A DNA stretch of 54,018 nucleotides, from assembly GCA_014379925.1 (NCBI GenBank), contig JACMKY010000006.1, positions 1 to 54,018 on the forward strand, written 5' to 3'. This DNA is from Cytophagales bacterium. GTDB taxonomy: Bacteria > Bacteroidota > Bacteroidia > Cytophagales > ES-bin-26. Shown in pieces: positions 1 through 8,720 of the stretch. A program made the position numbers and the translations under genes. The stretch's first letter is position 1. The number at the start of each line of letters is the position of its first letter. Under the pieces are notes generated by a model, which ran no database searches, was not told the origin of the DNA, and was given only the letters and a program-made list of their open reading frames with translations.

Positions 1-15
1 AAATTGCAAAATAAT

Positions 16-489
16 ATGAAAACGAACATTCAAAGTATCGTCGCATTGGTGGTCTTGGGTTGGGTATTCAACGTGGCCACTCTCTCTTTCGTGCAAGCCT
101 TTGCTTCCAGCCCCGATAGCAACCGTTTGGTTTCTTCCTCCAGCGTTCAAATGAGCACGGAGGGGATCACCCAATTCGAGGCGTTTATGCGGAAGCGGTC
201 GGATAACCCGTTCAGCAACGCCGCCGATCGGCAAACGTTTGCCGAAGTAGTGGGTCTGTACAACGCGGACCTGGGTGGGTTGGGCAAATTGTCCACCGAG
301 AAACGCAGCCAGTTCCAGGTCGTCGTGGCCAAACTCGACGCCCGGCTGGCCAAAATGAAGGGCACGGAGGCGGCCGCCTGGAGAAGCCAGGTGACCAACA
401 CGGTAGAAGCCATCAATTTTTGGATGAACTTCACCTTGTTAAACGACACCACTGAGGAGGAAGTAGCAGCCCCGATGATCGGCCGCTAA
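16..489 (+). CDS. hypothetical secreted protein
   Basis: ORF track gives 4..489. I prefer the ATG at 16 (MKTNIQSIVALVVLGWVFNVATLSFVQAFA has a signal-peptide-like h-region plus AxA). Followed by a strong terminator. No family recognised. Confidence 0.6.
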   Translation: MKTNIQSIVALVVLGWVFNVATLSFVQAFASSPDSNRLVSSSSVQMSTEGITQFEAFMRKRSDNPFSNAADRQTFAEVVGLYNADLGGLGKLSTEKRSQFQVVVAKLDARLAKMKGTEAAAWRSQVTNTVEAINFWMNFTLLNDTTEEEVAAPMIGR

Positions 490-526
490 GTTCGGCTTAG
501 AAATTTCGGCTCAGTGTTGAACGCCA

Positions 527-556
527 AGCGGTTGGAATCTTCCAACCGCTTTTTTT
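527..556 (+). terminator. rho-independent terminator
   Basis: 10-bp stem AGCGGTTGGA/TCCAACCGCT, loop ATCT, then TTTTTT. Starts 38 nt after the stop codon at 487-489. Confidence 0.8.
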
Positions 557-562
557 GCGTCT

Positions 563-1870
563 TCACCCGCCCAGGGTGCTCAAGTAGCGTCGGTATTTGT
601 CTTTGACTACCGCGGGGGTTTCGCTTTTCAAAAGATATTCCTCCGTGTTAAGTTGCAGGTACGGAAAGTTTTTGATCATCGAGCAAGCGTGCCGGGCAAC
701 CAGGCGGGGGGAGGCAAACTCATCCAGAAACCGCCCCAAAAAAGGCAGGTACCGGTTGGCGTAGGCCAGGGTCACGTCCTCCGCCAAGTGGTCGATCTTG
801 TAACGGGGCAGGATTTCAACGAAGCCGGCCGCTAGCGCGGTTGGGAGGTGCATGCCGGACCCGTGCACGCCGATGACCACGTGGCTTTCCGCGTAGATCT
901 GGCACCACTCCTTTTCCAGTTCGTCGGTCATCGCGCTCGTCCGCCGGTCGACAATGCCGGGGGGTAACCCACCGGTTCGGCCCAGTCCCACCGCCGTGAA
1001 ACGCACGCCGGGCAAGCCTTCGGCGATCAGCCGGGAGGCCCGGGCAATCAGACGATTCTGCCGGCGGACCAACCAGGGACGTACCCATTCGGTCCTCCGG
1101 AACTTGACGCAACCCTGCCAAATCAATTCCTCCCAGGGGTAGGGCAACCAGAACCGGTCCTCACGGCAGACAAACGTCACCCGCGGCAGTTGGTCGTAAA
1201 ATCGGGATAAGTCAAAACGTTTGGTGCGGGTAAACCGCTCAAGATCGATCTTGGTGCTGTCGGGATGCGTGTTCGCCGGGCATAGCCACACCCGGCGGAA
1301 CCGTTCCAGTTCGGTCTTGACGAACGAATCAAAGGGTTGAATCCACCGGTTCATTTCCCGGAGGGGCAAATCAACGCTCCATACTTCGGCCACCCCCTCC
1401 GGCACCAGCCACTTCATGAAACGGGGAACGATGACCACCAATCCGGTTTCCGTGGCCGCCAACTGGTCGAGGCAAGGCTGGGCGTTGAGCAGCTTCAGAA
1501 ACCCGTGGCCGTAGCAGTTGTCCAGGCAGTTGAGCAGGGTTATCTGGTGACACGTCCGGTAAACGACCTTATAAAGGGCGGCCTCCACGGCGGCGTGTTC
1601 GAAAAAAGAATCCAGCAGGGGTTGGGCAAACCACCCACCCGCCCGGGGAGAGTAGTAGGCTTGCCGGGGATGCCGGGTAAAAGCCACCGGAAACAGCAGC
1701 GCGTGTCCGACCGGAAGGGTATGGTAAAAGTTCAGTCCGCAAGCCCCGCAGTGGCAATCCGCCAACGTGTGCATTCCCAGGAAAAGCGCGTGGTTAGGTT
1801 GCGGACGAACCGACGCGCACGCCGGACACCGCAACTCGAACCGGATTTCGGGCTTGAGTTGAATCTGCAT
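563..1870 (-). CDS. conserved hypothetical protein; N-terminal Cys-rich zinc-ribbon-like motif, possible GT61/DUF563-like C-terminal half
   Basis: 435-aa ORF. CPAC...CHCGAC cysteine pairs in the first 50 aa. VIGVHGSGMHLP resembles the G-x-HG-[AS]-G motif of DUF563/GT61 glycosyltransferases (weak, from memory). Its ATG lies 1 nt after the metG stop. Confidence 0.6.
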   Translation of the reverse strand: MQIQLKPEIRFELRCPACASVRPQPNHALFLGMHTLADCHCGACGLNFYHTLPVGHALLFPVAFTRHPRQAYYSPRAGGWFAQPLLDSFFEHAAVEAALYKVVYRTCHQITLLNCLDNCYGHGFLKLLNAQPCLDQLAATETGLVVIVPRFMKWLVPEGVAEVWSVDLPLREMNRWIQPFDSFVKTELERFRRVWLCPANTHPDSTKIDLERFTRTKRFDLSRFYDQLPRVTFVCREDRFWLPYPWEELIWQGCVKFRRTEWVRPWLVRRQNRLIARASRLIAEGLPGVRFTAVGLGRTGGLPPGIVDRRTSAMTDELEKEWCQIYAESHVVIGVHGSGMHLPTALAAGFVEILPRYKIDHLAEDVTLAYANRYLPFLGRFLDEFASPRLVARHACSMIKNFPYLQLNTEEYLLKSETPAVVKDKYRRYLSTLGG

Positions 1871-1871
1871 C

Positions 1872-3956
1872 TCAACTTACCGTTCCGCCGTTGACGATCG
1901 GTTTTTCGGGATTCACGAAGGAGAGGGTGCCGTCCCCGTCCTCGGCCATCAAAATCATCCCCTGCGACCGGATGCCCTTGATGTCGCGGGGCGCCAGGTT
2001 GGCCAGCAGGCACACCTGTTTGCCAATGATGTCGGCCGGCTGGTGATGCTCGGCGATGCCGCTGACCACCGTGCGGGTATCCAGGCCGGTATCCAGGGTC
2101 AGTTCGAGCAACTTCTTGGTTTTGGGCACCGGCTTGGCCGCCACGATGGTCGCCACGCGGATGTCCAACTTGGTGAAATCGTCGAAGACCACTTCCGGCT
2201 TGGCGGGCGGCAGGACTTTACTGACCATTTCGTTTTGTCGCTTGTTATCCGACAACTTCCGCACCTGCGCTTCCACGGCATCGTCCTCGATCTTTTCGAA
2301 CAGAAGTTCGGCCGGTCGAAGGGTTTGTCCCTCGGGCAACAGGTCCGGTCGGCCCGTCGCGTTCCAACCGGCGGTTTTCAGTTGCAGCATCTCCGATAGC
2401 TTGCGGGCGGTGGAGGGCAGGAACGGCTCGGCCAGAATGGCCAGATTGGCCGAAATCTGCAGGCCGATGTTCAGGATGGTCGCCACCCGTTCCTCGTCCG
2501 ACTTGATGACTTTCCAGGGTTCGGTATCCGCCAGGTATTTGTTGCCCAGCCGCGCCAGGTCCATCAGGTGAGCCAATGCCTCACGGAAGCGGTAATCCTC
2601 GAGGGAAGCGGCAATCCTGCCCGGAAAGTCCACCAGTTTGTCCAGCGTCTCCCGGTCGAAATCGGTTAATTCTCCCCGCGAAGGGGTTTTCCCTCCGAAG
2701 TACTTGTGCGTCAGCACCACGGCGCGGTTAACGAAGTTGCCCAGAATCGCCACCAGCTCGTTGTTGTTGCGGGCCTGGAAGTCCTTCCAGGTGAAATCGT
2801 TGTCCTTGGTTTCGGGGGCGTTGGCCGTGAGCACGTAGCGCAGCACGTCCTGCTGGCCGGGAAAATCGCGCAGGTATTCGTGGAGCCACACCGCCCAGTT
2901 GCGCGAGGTGGAAATCTTGTTGCCTTCCAGGTTGAGGAATTCGTTGGCCGGCACGTTTTCGGGGAGAATAAAATCGCCGTGCGCCTTAAGCATCACCGGA
3001 AAAATGATGCAGTGGAACACGATGTTGTCCTTGCCGACGAAGTGCACCAGCTGCGTATCCGGACTTTTCCAGTAGGGTTCCCACGCCGCTTCATCCTCCG
3101 GCTCCTTTTTTCCGGACGAGGCATTCTTCCCCAAAAAATAATCTTTGGTGGCGGAAATGTAGCCGATGGGGGCGTCGAACCAGACGTAGAGCACCTTGCC
3201 TTCGGTGTCGGGCAGCGGCAGGGGCACGCCCCAGTCCAGGTCGCGGGTGACGGCGCGGGGTCGCAGGCCCTGGTCGATCCAGGACTTGCACTGGCCGTAA
3301 ACGTTGGTTTTCCACTCGGTGTGTCCTTCCAGAATCCATTCGCGCAGCCAGCCTTCGTAGCGGTCCAGCGGCAGGTACCAGTGCTTGGTGGGTTTGAGCA
3401 CGGGTTTTTCGCCGCTGAGCATCGAGACCGGTTGGATGAGTTCGGCGGGCGAGAGCGTGGAGCCGCAGTTTTCGCACTGGTCGCCGTAGGCGCTGGGGAA
3501 GCTGCACACCGGACACGTGCCCTGGATGTAGCGGTCGGCCAGGAATTGCTGCGCCTTCTCGTCGTAGTACTGCTCGCTCACCTGCTCCACGAAATCGCCC
3601 TGCTCGTAGAGCACCCGAAAGAAATCCGAAGCCGTTTGGTGGTGGGTGGCGTTGGAAGTGCGCGAGTAGATGTCGAAGGCAATGCCGAATTCGCGGAAGG
3701 AATCCTTCATCATGGTGTGGTACTTGTCGACCGCCTGCTGCGGGGTGATACCTTCCTTCTGCGCCCGGATGGTGATGGGCACCCCGTGTTCATCGGAGCC
3801 GCACACGAACAGCACGTCCTTGCCCCGCAACCGCAGGTAGCGGGCGTAAATGTCGGCGGGAAGGTAGGCGCCCGCCAGGTGGCCGATGTGTACGGGCCCG
3901 TTGGCGTAGGGCAGCGCCGCCGTGACGGTATATCGCTGGAAGTTTTTTTTGGTCAT
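1872..3956 (-). CDS. metG: methionine--tRNA ligase with C-terminal tRNA-binding (Trbp111/EMAP-like) domain
   Basis: 694 aa. N-terminal class-I signature [14 protein letters not shown], zinc knuckle CPVC...CENC, KMSKS-equivalent NKISTSR. C-terminal segment [25 protein letters not shown] is typical of the tRNA-binding domain. Confidence 0.97.
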   Translation of the reverse strand: MTKKNFQRYTVTAALPYANGPVHIGHLAGAYLPADIYARYLRLRGKDVLFVCGSDEHGVPITIRAQKEGITPQQAVDKYHTMMKDSFREFGIAFDIYSRTSNATHHQTASDFFRVLYEQGDFVEQVSEQYYDEKAQQFLADRYIQGTCPVCSFPSAYGDQCENCGSTLSPAELIQPVSMLSGEKPVLKPTKHWYLPLDRYEGWLREWILEGHTEWKTNVYGQCKSWIDQGLRPRAVTRDLDWGVPLPLPDTEGKVLYVWFDAPIGYISATKDYFLGKNASSGKKEPEDEAAWEPYWKSPDTQLVHFVGKDNIVFHCIIFPVMLKAHGDFILPENVPANEFLNLEGNKISTSRNWAVWLHEYLRDFPGQQDVLRYVLTANAPETKDNDFTWKDFQARNNNELVAILGNFVNRAVVLTHKYFGGKTPSRGELTDFDRETLDKLVDFPGRIAASLEDYRFREALAHLMDLARLGNKYLADTEPWKVIKSDEERVATILNIGLQISANLAILAEPFLPSTARKLSEMLQLKTAGWNATGRPDLLPEGQTLRPAELLFEKIEDDAVEAQVRKLSDNKRQNEMVSKVLPPAKPEVVFDDFTKLDIRVATIVAAKPVPKTKKLLELTLDTGLDTRTVVSGIAEHHQPADIIGKQVCLLANLAPRDIKGIRSQGMILMAEDGDGTLSFVNPEKPIVNGGTVS

Positions 3957-4188
3957 AATGGTTAGTCCACGGACGGTGTTCCCTAGCCAGGGGCAAAGAC
4001 GGCGGACCGGGGTTGCGCGGACGGTGGATTCGGTTGGAAGACGTTGGTTAAGCCAGCAAAATTACGGAAAGTAGGGGAGAGCGCAGAATGACGGCGGTTG
4101 CTACCGGGAAAATAGCGGACTTCCCGGGGACGTTGCGGTGGGTTTATATCCAGGCGGAGCCGTGCTTCACTGACTTCCTCCGGAGACG

Positions 4189-4449
4189 ATGAATAATCAT
4201 CAGAAAAACGTTCGATCAACCGTGAAAACCAACCCGTTCCCCTCCGTCTTTCTTGCCGTTTTTCTCATCCAGGGATGTATTTCCACCAAGAACGCGACGT
4301 TGCTGGGGGCTACCGTGCAGCGGATTTCTTTTAACGTGGCCTACCACGTACCGTTTCCCGCCTTGGGACACGTGGTTTCCGTTGGCACGGGTTACCGGTG
4401 GGAGCCCGTGCCGTGGCAGCTTTCGGGTTTTCGGGAAGAACCGATGTAA
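4189..4449 (+). CDS. possible small lipoprotein (86 aa)
   Basis: The only ORF in the 3957-4658 gap with a recognisable signal: FLAVFLIQGC is a lipobox-like motif after a basic N-terminus. No family recognised; could be spurious in GC-rich DNA. Confidence 0.3.
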   Translation: MNNHQKNVRSTVKTNPFPSVFLAVFLIQGCISTKNATLLGATVQRISFNVAYHVPFPALGHVVSVGTGYRWEPVPWQLSGFREEPM

Positions 4450-4603
4450 AGAGGATAAAAGCAAACCGCCAACCCAAAACAACCAACCCAGGCCGACCCA
4501 CCCATCCAAAAGTACCGTTCCGAATGCGGGGTAACGCCTTCCGACGACCGATTCCTCGCGCAAGAAGTAACCAGCGCGTGGTCCGTCCCGATTCACGGGT
4601 TGC

Positions 4604-4656
4604 GGCGCCCAACGCCCGTCCGTTTCGACTGCCGAAGCGAACGGGCGTTGGGCGCC
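4604..4656 (-). repeat. long GC-rich hairpin just after the stop of the 4659..4997 gene (terminator-like; termini GCCCAAC/GTTGGGC)
   Basis: 16 perfect bp (GGCGCCCAACGCCCGT / ACGGGCGTTGGGCGCC), then one mismatch, then 7 more pairs (one G.U), with a 5-nt loop. Begins 2 nt from the stop codon at 4659-4661. No U-tract follows on the minus strand. Confidence 0.6.
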
Positions 4657-4658
4657 TC

Positions 4659-4997
4659 TCAAGCCACCCAAAAAGCGGCGATGCAAGCCGCCAACACCGT
4701 GAGCGCAATCAGGCTGCGGTAGGTCCGGGTACTTAGCGCGCGCGTTCGGTTGGCAGCGGTAAGTGCGGAAATGGCAACCAGGATGGCCGTTTTAGGAATC
4801 ACTTTGTAGTAATTCACCGCGGGGTAGCGCAGCCAAACGAGTAGACCGCCCGTAATCAGCAATGCCACGCCGCACCCCAGCATGAGCCGGTTGGTTCGCT
4901 TCGTTTTTTCCCGGTAGCGCACCAGCAGCGTGGCAAAATAGCGCAGAAAAGCCCCGAAGTGAACCAGGAGAACCCCGTTCAGCGCCGTCGTTTTCAT
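4659..4997 (-). CDS. small integral membrane protein (about 4 TM segments)
   Basis: 112 aa, almost entirely hydrophobic helices. 4-nt ATGA overlap with the upstream gene suggests an operon. Confidence 0.7.
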   Translation of the reverse strand: MKTTALNGVLLVHFGAFLRYFATLLVRYREKTKRTNRLMLGCGVALLITGGLLVWLRYPAVNYYKVIPKTAILVAISALTAANRTRALSTRTYRSLIALTVLAACIAAFWVA

Positions 4998-5440
4998 CCT
5001 TTCCGAGGGGCGTTTTCCGTCACTGGTTGTTTCCCCGGCGCGGGCTCACCCGAGTCGGGTCCCTTCAGCAGGAAGTACGCCAGCCCGCCCGAGGTCAAGA
5101 ACGTGAGCCCGTGAATCCACATCGCCGACGAGTTGCTGCCCGGACTGGACCACACGATGAACGCGTCGGCCGCGGGAATGAGGGAGCCGACCAGCAGCAG
5201 TATTCCCAGTGGTTTTTTCCACTGGAGGAGGGAAAAGGTCACGAGCAAGAGGCCGGTAGAAAAATCCCGGACGCCTTTGATGCGGTGGAACGCGTAGTTT
5301 CCCGCTTCATTCACCGCAATCCCGAATCCTTGTTCACCGGCTTCCGGAGCCAGCCAGAAGCGGCCTCCAATGAAGAGCAGGCCTAAGCCGATGAGCGCGC
5401 CCAGCCCGAAGGTGGCGCGCAGTGACGAGTTGATTTGCAT
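4994..5440 (-). CDS. DUF4267-like integral membrane protein
   Basis: 148 aa with 4 predicted TM helices. The GRFWLAP...HRIKGVRD pattern resembles the DUF4267 family (from memory). Translationally coupled to 4659..4997. Confidence 0.7.
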   Translation of the reverse strand: MQINSSLRATFGLGALIGLGLLFIGGRFWLAPEAGEQGFGIAVNEAGNYAFHRIKGVRDFSTGLLLVTFSLLQWKKPLGILLLVGSLIPAADAFIVWSSPGSNSSAMWIHGLTFLTSGGLAYFLLKGPDSGEPAPGKQPVTENAPRKG

Positions 5441-5609
5441 AAGAGTTGGTGTTTAAGTACGCCGCAAACGTAGCCACCCGGGCGGAGCCCGTCATGCACC
5501 TCGGTGAATAAATGGATTACTGCGTTGCAAACACCCGAAAAAATCCACGGGTGGGTTGCGGGATGGCATTGCTATTCAAATTCCCGACCACCTTCTGACG
5601 GCGGATGGC

Positions 5610-6188
5610 TCATTTGGCCAAACGGTTGCGGATACGGCTCAACGATTGGGGCTTTACGCCGACGTAGGAAGCGATGTAATACTGGGGAATGCGTTGGCCG
5701 ATGGCCGGGAAATTCTTGACGAAATCCGCGTAGCGCACTTGCGTCGGATCGCGGTAGAGGGAAGTAATTTGGCGGATGGTGTCCACGAACAGGCGCTCGG
5801 CCACCAGCCGGCCGAACCGTTCCCCTTCGCGCACTTCCCGGTAGAGCCGTTGTAATTTTTCGGGGGTGATGACCAGGATTTCCGCCTCTTCGAGGGCCTG
5901 GATGTTCTTGTGGGTAGGTTGGCCGGACAAGAAACTTTCGTACTCGGAAACGAACTGGCTTTCCTCCGAAAAAAAATAGGTTAGCTCCTCGCCTTCGCGG
6001 TTGATAAAATAGCGAAACAAGCCCTTCTGCACGAAAGCCACCTGCCGGCAGGTTTCCCCTTCCCGCAGGAAATACCCGCCCCTGGGAAGCGATTTCGGGG
6101 TGAACAAACCGTTGATGAACGCTTCTTCGTCCGGGTTGAGGGACACGAACCGCTTGATCTGGTCAGTAAGGGAAGAATACAGCGTCAT
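5610..6188 (-). CDS. Crp/Fnr-family transcriptional regulator (cNMP-binding domain + C-terminal HTH)
   Basis: ORF track gives 5610..6242. I start at the ATG at 6186-6188 (MTLYSSLTDQIKRF...). An effector-domain beta-roll region is followed by a C-terminal HTH (IASYVGVKPQSLSRIRNRL). Confidence 0.85.
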   Translation of the reverse strand: MTLYSSLTDQIKRFVSLNPDEEAFINGLFTPKSLPRGGYFLREGETCRQVAFVQKGLFRYFINREGEELTYFFSEESQFVSEYESFLSGQPTHKNIQALEEAEILVITPEKLQRLYREVREGERFGRLVAERLFVDTIRQITSLYRDPTQVRYADFVKNFPAIGQRIPQYYIASYVGVKPQSLSRIRNRLAK

Positions 6189-6198
6189 GGCACAAATA

Positions 6199-6264
6199 GG
6201 GCGAACAGCTGGTTCGGCCCCCGCTTCGACTGTGAGGTACAATGGCCGAACAGCTGGTTCGGCC
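6199..6264. repeat. two copies of an 18-nt hairpin-forming repeat (CGAACAGCTGGTTCGGCC)
   Basis: Copies at 6202-6219 and 6247-6264 are identical. Copy 2 folds as an 8-bp stem GGCCGAAC/GTTCGGCC with loop AGCTG. They lie between the kinase stop (6279) and the crp-like start (6188). Confidence 0.8.
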
Positions 6265-6278
6265 TACTTCACCCGGTG

Positions 6279-8321
6279 CTACCGGGGCAGCTTCACTTCG
6301 AAGAGGGTTTCGCCGCGGGCCTTGTTCTTGAGCGTGATGGTGCCGTTGAGCTTTTCGGTGGCGATCTTGGCGATGTAAAGGCCCAGTCCCGCTCCGTTCG
6401 ACACTTCGTTGCCCCGGAAAAACATGTCGAACACCCGCTCCGCCGTGTTGTCGTTGATACCCACGCCGTTGTCCTTGATGTGGATGAGGATGTTGCGCAC
6501 TTCGTCTTCGGTCACGTTCACCTGCACGTAGGAATCCTGGCGCGAAAAGTTGGCGCTGTAGTAAAGGGCATTCTCGAGCAGGTTTTGCAGGATGATGCGC
6601 AGCAGGTCCTCGTCGGAATTGAATTCCAGGTCGGGTTGGATGCGCACGTACACCAGGGTTTGTTTCCGTTCCGACTTCGGAATCAGGGATTGCAGCGTGT
6701 GGTGGATGATCTGCTCCAGGTCAACCTTTCGTTTCACCACGTGGCCCAGCCGGATGTCACTGATGCTCAGCAGGCGCATCAGGATGCGGTCCATGTTGCG
6801 GGCGGTGGTTTCTACTTTAGAGAAGTAGCTGATGCTGGCCTCGCCCTGAACTTCCAATTGGGCAACGTTGCACAAACCGATCAGGGTCGCCAGTGGCCCC
6901 TTGATGTCGTGGGAGGCGCGGTAGATGAGCGTGTCCAGGTCCTGGTTCACCGTGAGCAGGTCCACGTAGGCCTGGGTGAGTTGGCGGGTGCGCTCGTCCA
7001 CCTTTGCCTCCAGTTCGTTGTTGGCTTGCCGCAGGGCCAGGTTCTGTTCCTCGATGAGGAGCCGGGCCGATTCCAGTTTTTGGTTATTATCACCGATTTC
7101 GGCGTTGCGGGTTTCAATCTCTTCCTTTTGCTGCTTGATTTCCTTGTTCTGGTCCTGCAAGAGGCGGTTATCGCCCCGGATGATGCGGTAGCCGATGACC
7201 ACGACCACGATCAGCAGAGAGACCAGGCCGAAGCACGCGGTCCAGAAGGCAATCTCGGACTGGTTTTGTCTGAGCGTGCTCTCCTGCAGTTTCTGCTTTT
7301 CCCGCAGAACCTTGATTTCATTCTGCTGGGTGAGCGACTCCAGATTGGACTGCATCTGGGCCAACTGCTTCAGTTTTTCCTTGTCGAAGAGGTCATCCTT
7401 GATCTGGGTGTGCAGCAGCAGGTTTTCGTAGGCTTTGCCCGAGTCGCCTTTTTTTCGGTACAGTTCCGAGATCCGCAGGTACGTGCTGGCCGTTACGTCG
7501 AGGAGTGAAAACTCGCCGGCTATTTCCAGGGCGCGTTGGTAAGCCCGCAGTGCATTGGCATAATCGGTCAGTTGCGTCCGGATTTCGCCCACGTTGGCCA
7601 GCGTGATGGCGATTTCAATCTTATTGCCCGTCCGTTCCTTGAGCGCGAGGGATTCCTGGTAGCGCGCCAGCGCCCGGGAGTAGTTGCCCCGTTCCCTCTC
7701 GACCGAGCCGATGTCGTCCAGCACGAACGCCAGCCCCGGCGGGTCGTTGATTTCCCGCATGATTTTCAGCGATTGCCGGTAGTATTGCAGGGCTTTCTCT
7801 TGGTCGCCGAGCAGTTGCTGCAGGTTGCCCAGGCGGCGGTAGGAAATTCCAATGCCCCGGGGGTTGGCGGCCTTTCGGAAAAGGTCGAGGCCACGCTGCA
7901 GGTAGTCCGTCGCCAGCCGGTATTCGTTCAGATTGGTGTAGGAATGGCCGATGCTGCTGAGCACGTGGGCTTTGGAGAGGTCGTCTTCCGGTTTATCTCC
8001 CACCTTCAACGAGTTGAGCAGATACGCAAGGGCCTTCGTGTGATTGCCCTGCATGGCATACACGTCGCCTCGTCGGCGCAGGGCGTACTTTACGCCTTCG
8101 CGGTAGCGGATGCGGGTTGCCGCTTCGAAGGCCTGGTCAGCGTACCGGAGCGACCGGTCCGGTTCCAACCACTGGTAAAACGAGGAAAGACGATTGAGCA
8201 GATCGACTCTTTGGGGACCGGTCGCGGTTTTCAACCCGATTTCCAGGCTGTCCGCCTCCCCGCCGGCCCGTGCGCTGCACACGGCCAGCAAAAGGAAGGG
8301 CAGGACAAGGAGGCATCTCAT
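6279..8321 (-). CDS. TPR-repeat sensor histidine kinase
   Basis: 680 aa. Signal peptide, about 7 TPR-like repeats, one TM segment, a coiled coil, an H-box (ASHDIKGPLATL), and an HATPase domain with N/G boxes (LLENALYYS, DNGVGI, GAGLGLYIAK). Confidence 0.9.
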   Translation of the reverse strand: MRCLLVLPFLLLAVCSARAGGEADSLEIGLKTATGPQRVDLLNRLSSFYQWLEPDRSLRYADQAFEAATRIRYREGVKYALRRRGDVYAMQGNHTKALAYLLNSLKVGDKPEDDLSKAHVLSSIGHSYTNLNEYRLATDYLQRGLDLFRKAANPRGIGISYRRLGNLQQLLGDQEKALQYYRQSLKIMREINDPPGLAFVLDDIGSVERERGNYSRALARYQESLALKERTGNKIEIAITLANVGEIRTQLTDYANALRAYQRALEIAGEFSLLDVTASTYLRISELYRKKGDSGKAYENLLLHTQIKDDLFDKEKLKQLAQMQSNLESLTQQNEIKVLREKQKLQESTLRQNQSEIAFWTACFGLVSLLIVVVVIGYRIIRGDNRLLQDQNKEIKQQKEEIETRNAEIGDNNQKLESARLLIEEQNLALRQANNELEAKVDERTRQLTQAYVDLLTVNQDLDTLIYRASHDIKGPLATLIGLCNVAQLEVQGEASISYFSKVETTARNMDRILMRLLSISDIRLGHVVKRKVDLEQIIHHTLQSLIPKSERKQTLVYVRIQPDLEFNSDEDLLRIILQNLLENALYYSANFSRQDSYVQVNVTEDEVRNILIHIKDNGVGINDNTAERVFDMFFRGNEVSNGAGLGLYIAKIATEKLNGTITLKNKARGETLFEVKLPR

Positions 8322-8548
8322 CGGCTATTCAATGGTACGCTTGACCATTGCTTGTCGGGTTGGCTGGCGGTTGGGTACGGACAGAAACCAAAGGTAACCG
8401 GATTCGGGAAACTTGCGGGTCTGGCATTTGACTGCTCGTATTCAATAACGCGCCCGGGACGGGAAAGCGTACACCCGGCGGTTCAATTATGACCCTGCTC
8501 CGGTATTTCACCCGTTCGGATGGCCTGAATTCGAGTGTCAAAGCGAAA

Positions 8549-8669
8549 GAATGTCGAACGCCGAACAAGGAATGTCGAATGCCGAAGTAAAAGAAAAAAG
8601 GTTCAATCCTTCAACATTCGACATTCGGAATTCATCAGTTCAATATTCCCTTCCTTCCCTTCAACATTC
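8549..8669. repeat. cluster of GAATGT(C/T)GAA-containing 17-nt motifs (two direct, two to three inverted)
   Basis: GAATGTCGAACGCCGAA at 8549-8565 and GAATGTCGAATGCCGAA at 8570-8586 on the plus strand. GAATGTCGAATGTTGAA on the minus strand at 8610-8626. GAATGTTGAA on the minus strand at 8660-8669. Confidence 0.75.
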
Positions 8670-8720
8670 AATAGAATAACCGCCCGGCGTCCCCGGTGCG
8701 GGGTGACGGCGAACGCCCGC

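Noticed and set aside
2706-3965. Long antisense ORFs opposite well-supported genes. Examples: 2706..3965, 6276..7508, 7536..8492, 12363..13409, 23244..24236, 25006..26358, 26416..28080, 28390..29601, 31067..32518, 34286..35923, 36756..37919, 38773..40023, 49726..50715, 52087..53082.
   Set aside because: Their translations are Arg/Gly/Val/His-rich low-complexity strings with no motifs, whereas the opposite strand encodes recognisable families. These are typical stop-poor shadow frames in high-GC DNA.
3957-4188. T-box or other riboswitch leader for metG.
   Set aside because: I could recognise no specifier/antiterminator architecture, and as far as I recall T-box leaders are not typical of Bacteroidota. 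Left as an unexplained leader.
5610-6242. Upstream start codons from the ORF track for several genes: 5610..6242, 9803..10504, 14760..15314, 15486..16064, 35972..36436, 38572..39963, 41137..44511, 48365..49918.
   Set aside because: Internal ATGs give canonical family N-termini, signal peptides/lipoboxes, or ATGA overlaps with neighbours. The extensions are low-complexity or overlap regulatory repeats.
8549-8669. Possible CRISPR array.
   Set aside because: The repeats are only 10-17 nt, number 4-5, have mixed orientation and irregular spacing, and no cas genes are present. No other CRISPR-like periodic repeat was seen in the window.
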